Below are positions 57,078 through 64,000 of a DNA stretch of 64,000 nt, piece after piece. The first letter of the stretch is position 1, and each line of letters opens with the position of its first letter. The notes beneath the pieces were generated by a model. The model was not told the DNA's origin. It saw only the letters and a list, made by a program, of their open reading frames with translations, and did not search any database. This DNA comes from a virus. Location: UHGV virus genome UHGV-0140522. One strand, written 5' to 3'. A program made the translations under genes and the position numbers.

Positions 57078-57824
57078 TTATTCGGCAGAATTAACCGTTA
57101 CTGCTTTGGTCGCTTTCTTGCCGCCGCTATTGCTGGTAAAGGAGATATTTGCCGAACCTTCAGCTACTCCGCGAACCAGACCAGTCTGGTCAACGGTTGC
57201 TTTCTCCTGATTGTCGGATTCCCACACACCGGTTTTATCGCCGGCATCTGCAGGGGTGATCTGGGCAGTCAGCTGCACGGTCTCACCGGCTTTAACTTCC
57301 GGAGATTCCGGAGAGATAGAGACGGTTTTAACCGGCTTTGGGCCGCTCATTTTCCCCAGCACGCCGTCGTCATCCGGGTAAGCGGTGAACTGAACGGAGA
57401 ACACGCGAACATCATCAGACTGGTAGGTCATGGTGAAGTTACCTGCGGTCGCAGCTTTCGGGATGGTCAGAACGTAGTCGGTGGTATCCTGCGGGGTCAG
57501 AACCAGCTCTTTGGCTACGTCGATCAGGTTGATGCCCTGTGCGGAAGTGATGGTCACAGCGTTATCTTCTTCGCTCAGGGTAGATCCCGGCATCAGATCG
57601 ACCATATTCTGCAACACAGACTCGGCCAGCGGCGCAGTGATAGTGATGTTACGACCCTGCACCAGCTCGGAGATGGTGGTCTGCCCCAGCTGGTCTACGG
57701 TGACTTTCAGAGTTTCGGTCGCAACCTCAACCTGAACACCGCCTTTGGTGTAACCCAGATCAACGCCACCAAACGACACTTTGCAGGCGCCAAGTTTGAT
57801 GTTTTTTACATGGGTATTGGACAT
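57078..57824 (-). CDS. major tail tube protein with C-terminal Ig-like (Big_2) domain
   Basis: gpV-like arrangement: tube domain plus C-terminal Big_2 (..VKAGETVQLTAQITPADAGDKTGVWESDN..). Confidence 0.7.
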   Translation of the reverse strand: MSNTHVKNIKLGACKVSFGGVDLGYTKGGVQVEVATETLKVTVDQLGQTTISELVQGRNITITAPLAESVLQNMVDLMPGSTLSEEDNAVTITSAQGINLIDVAKELVLTPQDTTDYVLTIPKAATAGNFTMTYQSDDVRVFSVQFTAYPDDDGVLGKMSGPKPVKTVSISPESPEVKAGETVQLTAQITPADAGDKTGVWESDNQEKATVDQTGLVRGVAEGSANISFTSNSGGKKATKAVTVNSAE

Positions 57825-57898
57825 TGTTGGAAAACTCCTTTTTCCGTTAAATCAGCACCTTCATGGCGCTAATGGTAAGTATATACTTACTTATTTTA

Positions 57899-58282
57899 TT
57901 AATTCAACAAATAGCCCGCAAATTCAATCGGGATACCCGCTTCAATTAATGAGCCTTCGTTTTTGGGATAAGTGATCGGCATAGACATTGGCCGAACCAA
58001 CCGGAAGTAAACGCCCTCTGACACGGTTTCTTCGACCGGGAACATATCCATGATCTTATTGGCTTTCGCCACCGCCTTTGTGATCGTCGCATTACGCACG
58101 ATGACGGTGAAAGAGTCGTGATAAAAGCCTTTCAACTCATGGTCAATAGCGATCCCCGTATTGGGATTAACCAACAGAACACCGGACTTCACATTGGCTG
58201 GCATGTAGTGACAGAAAATGTCAGCGCCGACTGTACCGATCTTCGCCTTCTGCATCAGGCTCGCAAATGCTTCAATAAACAC
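57899..58282 (-). CDS. tail terminator protein (gpU-like)
   Basis: Size and position between the head-tail connector genes and the major tail gene. Confidence 0.45.
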   Translation of the reverse strand: MFIEAFASLMQKAKIGTVGADIFCHYMPANVKSGVLLVNPNTGIAIDHELKGFYHDSFTVIVRNATITKAVAKANKIMDMFPVEETVSEGVYFRLVRPMSMPITYPKNEGSLIEAGIPIEFAGYLLN

Positions 58283-58283
58283 A

Positions 58284-58757
58284 TCAACCTCTCGTAAAAC
58301 CTGCTTTCCTTGCCGCTTCTGCTATCGTCTGAGTGAACTGTTTTTCACTGATCTGTACGGCTCTCTCAAGGAACAAAGGCCCAACTCGTGGCTTCACACC
58401 AGCGACTGGCGGGTTGGTGACGCTCTTCATGCGAGAGAGATAGCCGAGACGATACTTGCCCAACTCCATGTACTCCGCATAATCGCCAACCTCAACGCCC
58501 GGATGCCCTTCGCGTGGTTTGGCTCCAAATACCGATAACTCAATACGAAGCCCGGTATAACCTTCTTTGACCACTCTCGCGAAGATCGCGCTTTCGAGTG
58601 AGCCAGTCTCCAGCGGGGCCATTGCCCGCGCAAGACGCTCAACCAGACGCGCCAGCTTCTCCATGTCACGGATGAGATAACGCTTAAAGGCTTTCTGGCT
58701 GTTATTGAGCCTGTCGCCAGCACGCTTAAACTGATGCGCGTCGTACTTCAGACCCAT
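58284..58757 (-). CDS. tail completion / head-tail joining protein (gpZ- or gp10-like), start at MGLKYD
   Basis: Position; an AGGGG SD before the internal ATG. Confidence 0.4.
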   Translation of the reverse strand: MGLKYDAHQFKRAGDRLNNSQKAFKRYLIRDMEKLARLVERLARAMAPLETGSLESAIFARVVKEGYTGLRIELSVFGAKPREGHPGVEVGDYAEYMELGKYRLGYLSRMKSVTNPPVAGVKPRVGPLFLERAVQISEKQFTQTIAEAARKAGFTRG

Positions 58758-59092
58758 ATGTTTGCCCCTACTTCCAGATGCCCTGGGCACCCACGCAGTC
58801 CCCAGCGACGATGCACGCTGGATACCTTCAGCTTTTGCCCCTCCAGAATGAGAACGTCATCAAGCTGTACTGCGGCCTCAAGTGGGATCACCAGAACAGC
58901 ATCGAACAATTCCAGATCCGCTTTACCGCGACTGCCGGAGCTGTCCGCACGTACCGATGATTTCTCGTTACTTTGCTCAAACTTAACGACGCCGACGTTC
59001 GTCTTCCTGACGAACTGCAATTGCGCTTCACCGTAGACGTTCTTCGAACCCAGACGGTAAATCGCTATCTCTGCTTGCCATGAAATGTTCAT
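58748..59092 (-). CDS. head-tail connector protein (start at MNISWQ)
   Basis: An AGGGAGAG SD before the internal ATG; position. Confidence 0.4.
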   Translation of the reverse strand: MNISWQAEIAIYRLGSKNVYGEAQLQFVRKTNVGVVKFEQSNEKSSVRADSSGSRGKADLELFDAVLVIPLEAAVQLDDVLILEGQKLKVSSVHRRWGLRGCPGHLEVGANIWV

Positions 59093-59189
59093 GCACTCTC
59101 CCTGTGGTTGGCAGCCGCACTCATTACCAGGCGAAGGCGCGATTGCTCGTCTTGAGCCTTTCGACCAGAAGTAAATAATGCGACTGGCG

Positions 59190-60023
59190 TTACGCACGGC
59201 GAACAATCATGCGGTTATTGATGTAACTGACCAGCAGTCGCCAGGTACTGCGAGCCACATGCACATTTGCCGCTTTGCCGGTGCGGTACATATTGGTCGT
59301 TTCACCAATGGACTCAGACAGAATGCCGTCCTCGCGGGCTGCCGCTACGTCATTACCGTTAGCGATTTCGCAGGCTTCATTAACCACGGCCAGCATTAAT
59401 GCCTGTTTGAAGTAGTCCGGGAACTCGTCGAATTTCTCAGGCGTCATCTGCTCCCAATCGATCAGATCGTGACGATATGCCCCGTCAGCGCCCCACGGAA
59501 TGTCATAGACGTTCAGCATGTTTTGCGGGCGATCGTACCGGTCGAAGTCGATACGCAGGACTTTGCGGATTGAGAACGGCAGCGTTTTGACGCGTCTGGT
59601 GGCCTCAATGAGACGTTTGCGCATCAGCCCTTCGCCATCAGCTAACAGAGTGTCGCCGTTCAGCATATCGATAGCTTGCATCTGGGCGTCTGCGACCGTT
59701 GCGAATGACTGGCCTGGAATTGACAGCTCGAAGCTATTCAGCAGAACGTACATCTTGCGCTCTTCATGCGTCAGCCCGGATGCCACCGCTTTGACAATGA
59801 CGTGTCGCAGATCGCGCTCTTTATCTGAAAGAAGGTTGTGTTCGGCCGACACGACAACCGGAATGGACATCTGCCCCTCAGTAATATCGAGAGGTTCGTT
59901 ATCGACGATGATCGCACCTGCGCCATCTCTGACGGTATACGTGGCCGACTCAATATCCAGAACGTTAAATGCAAACGACAGGGAAACTGCTTCCCCGCTA
60001 CGGTACGTGTCGATCTGCGCCAT
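59190..60023 (-). CDS. hypothetical head-completion/structural protein (277 aa)
   Basis: ORF track; lies in the structural module. Confidence 0.45.
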   Translation of the reverse strand: MAQIDTYRSGEAVSLSFAFNVLDIESATYTVRDGAGAIIVDNEPLDITEGQMSIPVVVSAEHNLLSDKERDLRHVIVKAVASGLTHEERKMYVLLNSFELSIPGQSFATVADAQMQAIDMLNGDTLLADGEGLMRKRLIEATRRVKTLPFSIRKVLRIDFDRYDRPQNMLNVYDIPWGADGAYRHDLIDWEQMTPEKFDEFPDYFKQALMLAVVNEACEIANGNDVAAAREDGILSESIGETTNMYRTGKAANVHVARSTWRLLVSYINNRMIVRRA

Positions 60024-60469
60024 TACTCACCGCCCTGTGCTTTCAGGATGCCTTCGATCATTTCAACGATACCTTTGGCTTTCACGCCAATCTGGTTGCC
60101 GATCTGACGCAGACCAGCAATACCTTCACAGTCCGCAATCGACTCCAGCTCTTCACGAGTAAAGCGCTGTACCGGTTTGGCTTCCACTTCAGCCGTACCA
60201 CGTTTCATTGGCACAATATCCGGGGCCGCCGTCTCGACAATGTCGTCCGCAGTTAAATCATTGCGGCTGCTGTACGCGGCAGAAGGAGATACATTTTTGC
60301 CTTCAACGGTAGTGGCACGCATGGAGGCACAAATCCGCTGCTGATCGATGAATGGCAGTTCGGCAACCGAGATGCCGTCGACAAACTGGATACCGCAGAG
60401 AATGCCCGTGTACCCCAAAAATTGAGGCTCCAATAAACGAATTTTTGCTGGTTTCATTCTTCTTCTCAC
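60023..60469 (-). CDS. hypothetical structural-module protein (148 aa)
   Basis: ORF track. Confidence 0.4.
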   Translation of the reverse strand: MRRRMKPAKIRLLEPQFLGYTGILCGIQFVDGISVAELPFIDQQRICASMRATTVEGKNVSPSAAYSSRNDLTADDIVETAAPDIVPMKRGTAEVEAKPVQRFTREELESIADCEGIAGLRQIGNQIGVKAKGIVEMIEGILKAQGGE

Positions 60470-60500
60470 TTAATGGGCGGCATCGCCGCCCATGTGTTGG

Positions 60501-61424
60501 TTACGCAGCCGGTGCTGCGGTCACTTCAACGGTCGCAGTGGCTTTGTGGCTACCGTCTTCCGTGGTGACTTCGATAGTGGCAGTACCTGCAGCCACACCG
60601 GTCACAAGTCCAGTTGCGCTATCAACCGTCGCGAACTCGGCATTTTTTGACGCCCAGGTTACGCGCTTATTGGTTGCGCCAGCCGGTTCGATGTTCGCGG
60701 TCAGCTGTACCGTTTTGTTGGCTTCAACGCTGGTGGTGCTCGGATCGACAGAGACGCCAGTAACAGCAACGACAGGCTCAGTGACTTCAACCGTAGCAGT
60801 AGCTTTATGGCTGCCATCCTGCGAAACCACTTCAATGGTTGCCGTACCAACGGCTACGCCAGCTACGTTACCGTTCTGGTCAACGGTCGCTTTGTCGCTA
60901 TTTTTGGAAGTCCAGGTGACTCTTTTATTGGTTGCGTTTGACGGTTGTACATCAACGCGCAACTTGACCGATTTCCCCTTCTCAACAGAGGTAGAGTCTG
61001 GCGTTACCGTAACGGACTCCACGCTGACAGGCTTAACGGTCACTTCGACTGACGCAGAAAGCTGAGTCTGCTTATCGGTGGCGGTGATCTTCACTTTTCC
61101 CGGAGTCACGCCAGTAACCAGACCCGTACCGCTGACTGTGGCGACCTGGTCATTGGCCGACGTCCAGGTGAATGAATCTGCGCTTTTGCTCATGGTGATA
61201 CCTGCACTAAGTTGAACGGTTTTACCCACCAATACGGACGGCGCAGCCGGTGTAATGGTGACAGACTGAGTGAACGGAATTGCCCGGAAGCAAGCCGCAA
61301 GATGATTCTGCTGGCGCTCGCTCAGAGGCTCGTTGGAGATGGAATTGGTGAATTCGGCCCGGCACATATGCCCCGTGAAATCCGCAAACGCCTCTTCCGT
61401 GATCTTCATCTTTTGTTCTGGCAT
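60501..61424 (-). CDS. Ig-like (3x Big_2) domain protein, probable capsid decoration/accessory protein
   Basis: Three tandem Big_2-type repeats (..TATIEV..DGSHKATATVEVT..). Confidence 0.65.
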   Translation of the reverse strand: MPEQKMKITEEAFADFTGHMCRAEFTNSISNEPLSERQQNHLAACFRAIPFTQSVTITPAAPSVLVGKTVQLSAGITMSKSADSFTWTSANDQVATVSGTGLVTGVTPGKVKITATDKQTQLSASVEVTVKPVSVESVTVTPDSTSVEKGKSVKLRVDVQPSNATNKRVTWTSKNSDKATVDQNGNVAGVAVGTATIEVVSQDGSHKATATVEVTEPVVAVTGVSVDPSTTSVEANKTVQLTANIEPAGATNKRVTWASKNAEFATVDSATGLVTGVAAGTATIEVTTEDGSHKATATVEVTAAPAA

Positions 61425-61498
61425 TTCTCGCTCCTACAAAAAGGGTGGGCGTATAGCCCACCCCTAAACAGTAGATAATTACTTACCTACTATACTGA

Positions 61499-62374
61499 TC
61501 AAATTTTTACGTTGGTCAGCGCGGCGATAGCCTTGTCGTGCTTGTTCGCCAGAGAGCAGTACCACTTAACGCGGGTACGGGTTGCGTCTTTGTTCTGAAC
61601 AGTACCGATGTTCTCAACAACGATACCGGCGTTTTCACCGCCATACAGACCAGTCACACCGTTCTCTTCGGACAGGTGCAGGCAGTAGATGCTTGCTTTG
61701 CCAGAATCAGTCGGGATGAAGTCGTTCACGATGAACGGTACACCGTTGTGGCACAGCATCGGACGACCGAAGTTTTCCATCATGATTTCGGACGGGCCGA
61801 GGCTAACGGTACGCAGCAGAGCGCGATAAGCACGCAGGTGCTCGGAACGCATCATGATGCAGTCTGCGCCCAGATCTTTCACCGCGTCGACCAGCTCGTC
61901 GAACATGGAGAAGGTCATGGAAGCGCCTTCGATGTCGATCTTCTGATCGTCGTGCATCAGCTTCGGAATACCGTCGAACGCTTTGTTGTTGGTGCTGGAG
62001 TCGCCCAGAATCAGGTTGCGGCGGAATGCGCGAGCCAGACCTTTCACCTTCTGACGAACCTGGATTGCCAGCTGGTTGTTGGTGTCGGACATAGTGGTCG
62101 CCAGGAATTTGTCGACGTCTACGTCGCCTGCCAGGATACGCAGCTTCGCAACGTGTTCGGTGAAGGTTGCAGCGCCTTCGGTGATGGTGTCGTTCACATC
62201 AATGAAGGTTGCTTCGCTCAGGGTAGCTTCGCGGTTGTAGAGGTATGCCTTAGAATTAATCTTCATGAAAGGCAGAACAGCGAACAGGTCATCGCGATCG
62301 ATGATGGTCTCGATCACACCCTGCTCAAGTTCGTTGTTAGACAGCTTTTCAGCTTCATCACGCAGTAATGGCAT
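61499..62374 (-). CDS. major capsid protein (HK97 fold, inferred)
   Basis: Size, position after the scaffold gene; a strong terminator-less short spacer. Confidence 0.6.
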   Translation of the reverse strand: MPLLRDEAEKLSNNELEQGVIETIIDRDDLFAVLPFMKINSKAYLYNREATLSEATFIDVNDTITEGAATFTEHVAKLRILAGDVDVDKFLATTMSDTNNQLAIQVRQKVKGLARAFRRNLILGDSSTNNKAFDGIPKLMHDDQKIDIEGASMTFSMFDELVDAVKDLGADCIMMRSEHLRAYRALLRTVSLGPSEIMMENFGRPMLCHNGVPFIVNDFIPTDSGKASIYCLHLSEENGVTGLYGGENAGIVVENIGTVQNKDATRTRVKWYCSLANKHDKAIAALTNVKI

Positions 62375-62400
62375 CTTTCATTTCCCTATGATTTAAGATG

Positions 62401-63297
62401 TTACTTGAGTCCGATTTTCCCCAGACCGGAGGTCAACTTATCCATAGTCGACTTGCTCTTCGGCTGGTTTACTTTGTGGGTCGGTTTGCTATTGGAACCA
62501 GCACCCTGCTTGGCTTCGCTGCGCAACAGTGCGTCAGCTTCCGGATCTGCACGCAGAATGCGCTCAATCGCGGATTCGAACGGTAACGGTTTGCCTTCAC
62601 CGTCAACCAGAACTGCACGTTCTTTCTGACCGGCTGGCTTATCAAAGCCCACAACACTACCGTCTTCACCCACTTCGAAATGAGAGCCGTAGATAACGCG
62701 AGCCTTAGCCGGAGTCATCAGAACTTTGTCACGCAGGAAGGCAGAGCCGCTGAAGGAAGCGCCAACAGTCATTTCGACCAGTTGGGCCTTCAGTGCGGCG
62801 TTCTCGCTCTCCAGAGCGGAGTAGCGTTCGTCGCGCTGTGCCAGTTCAGCCTGGTGCGCTTCGATCATCTGCTTTTTCACAGCATCGAACTCACCACGGC
62901 GTTCCAGTTCAGCCTGCTCCGCCTCCCGACGTGCGGTTTCTGCGGCTTGTTCAGCTTCGAGAAGCTGGCGAGCACGCGCCGGGTCAATATCACCGTACTG
63001 AGCCAGCTGATCGGCCAATGTGCGCTCTTTCTCCTTGCGCTTCATGTTCTCTTTCAGCAGGTCAGCACCGGCTTTCTTGGACTTACGCAGTTCTGCCAGC
63101 AACTCTTCCTGAGTCATACCGGCATACTCGTCGTCGTCACCCTTCGGTTGCTCTTTTTGCTCGCCCTGTTTGCCTGGGTCTTGATTGCCCTGCTCATTGT
63201 CTCCAGCAGGAGCACCGCCACCAGCGCCTCCGCGCTCATGCGCTTCAGCTACATCCATCAGGCCACGACGGGCCATAAGCATTTGCCACAGATTCAT
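62401..63297 (-). CDS. scaffolding protein (highly charged, coiled-coil)
   Basis: E/A/R-rich coiled-coil composition; position upstream of the capsid gene. Confidence 0.55.
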   Translation of the reverse strand: MNLWQMLMARRGLMDVAEAHERGGAGGGAPAGDNEQGNQDPGKQGEQKEQPKGDDDEYAGMTQEELLAELRKSKKAGADLLKENMKRKEKERTLADQLAQYGDIDPARARQLLEAEQAAETARREAEQAELERRGEFDAVKKQMIEAHQAELAQRDERYSALESENAALKAQLVEMTVGASFSGSAFLRDKVLMTPAKARVIYGSHFEVGEDGSVVGFDKPAGQKERAVLVDGEGKPLPFESAIERILRADPEADALLRSEAKQGAGSNSKPTHKVNQPKSKSTMDKLTSGLGKIGLK

Positions 63298-63319
63298 AGA
63301 AATTCCTTTTCGTTACTTA

Positions 63320-64000
63320 TCACTCGGTCTCTTGAGTAGATGAGTCCCCATTCCCTCGGGGTTGATCATGCCCGCTTTCTTGGGCTGTATCTTGATCATA
63401 AGTAAGTACTGACTTATTTTCAAGGGTGTTAAGATCATTTTTTGGAGGAAATTTCAAGAGATCTTTTTGAAATTCCTTCTGCATCGCATCGGAAATGTTC
63501 GGGAAGACCTTCTCGATGAGCATTTCCATCTGATGACGACGAACAGAATCAGGCGCCTGAAGCAGCGACAGTTTCTCGGCAACGGCAAACTCGTCAGTCA
63601 GACCGCGAATGTCGAAACTTTCCGGGTATGCGATCAGAGAGTGGTCTTCATCCAGTTCGACACCCATCCATTTCGCTGCCAGTTGCATCATCTGGCGCTC
63701 TGCCCTTTCGAGACGTTCTGCTTTCGTCACCAGCAGACTGTTAACGCGCTGGAAGTCGTACATCTTCGCTGCGCCCGAAGAGTTATCGATGCCCTGTGCG
63801 TTATCCTGCTTGGTTCGCTCACCTGCCACGCCAACGGAATGGTAGATCTCGTTAATCACCGTCTTAATCGTGGTGATAATCATCTGGGCCTGTTTCGGGT
63901 CCGGAGACAGGTAGAATGGCTGATTACCGCTCTCAGAGTCGAAGGTGAAGACGCGTTTTGTCCCCATTTCGAGCACTTTGGTGTGGTTTTCATCGCCCGG
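63320..64000 (-). CDS. partial structural/morphogenesis protein (5' end outside window; portal C-terminus or head morphogenesis)
   Basis: The open frame continues to the window edge with no in-frame stop. Confidence 0.4.
   Translation of the reverse strand, partial: PGDENHTKVLEMGTKRVFTFDSESGNQPFYLSPDPKQAQMIITTIKTVINEIYHSVGVAGERTKQDNAQGIDNSSGAAKMYDFQRVNSLLVTKAERLERAERQMMQLAAKWMGVELDEDHSLIAYPESFDIRGLTDEFAVAEKLSLLQAPDSVRRHQMEMLIEKVFPNISDAMQKEFQKDLLKFPPKNDLNTLENKSVLTYDQDTAQESGHDQPRGNGDSSTQETE

Overview
The window is a segment of a large temperate siphovirus-type phage genome that also carries plasmid-maintenance genes. The best interpretation is a phage-plasmid resembling the SSU5/pHCM2 group of Enterobacteriaceae; that assignment is inference from gene content, since no database search was possible. 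All gene products were identified from protein motifs read by eye.

Nearly all genes run on the minus strand, in the following modules:
- Structural module, about 40.3-64 kb, in lambda-like order: scaffold, HK97-fold capsid, Ig-like decoration protein, connector proteins, tail terminator, major tail protein with a Big_2 domain, G/GT chaperone pair with a candidate -1 frameshift, a 1534-aa tape measure, M/L/K/I homologues, a 1573-aa J-like host-specificity protein, two tail fibres.
- Lysis cassette, 37.9-39.4 kb: holin-like protein, a putative endolysin with a C-terminal TM segment, and overlapped i-/o-spanins.
- Plasmid-type functions: type Ib ParA plus a small partner with upstream iterons; a TacA/TacT-like DUF1778/GNAT toxin-antitoxin pair; a tyrosine recombinase with a divergent HTH regulator.
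- Bacterial-type replication and recombination set: DnaE-type PolIII alpha (1172 aa), DnaB helicase, DnaG-like primase, ATP-dependent ligase, RecA, 5'-3' exonuclease, a putative SSB, PhoH, glutaredoxin, and a CobS-like AAA+/CobT-like VWA pair.

Other features:
- One tRNA-Asn(GTT) at 24724..24798 (-), next to a roughly 750-bp ORF-free region rich in hairpins.
- An array of about 40-bp-spaced direct repeats at 1..325, a candidate iteron array.
- A palindromic motif close to ATAAGTAAGTACTTAT upstream of at least 15 genes, a candidate phage-specific promoter or regulator site.
- A host-derived cspA-family cold-shock gene carrying its native sigma70 promoter and long 5'UTR.
- Several AT-rich, insulated accessory genes wedged between core modules; these are the best candidates for unrecognised accessory or defence functions. 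They are a KAP-family P-loop NTPase (33913..35616), a 529-aa membrane protein (22842..24431, + strand), a 356-aa protein (29265..30335, + strand) and a 224-aa protein (7564..8238, + strand).

Coordinates of CDS are taken from the supplied ORF track, with starts adjusted by codon arithmetic where an RBS supports it. Coordinates of hairpins and motifs are approximate to within a few bases.
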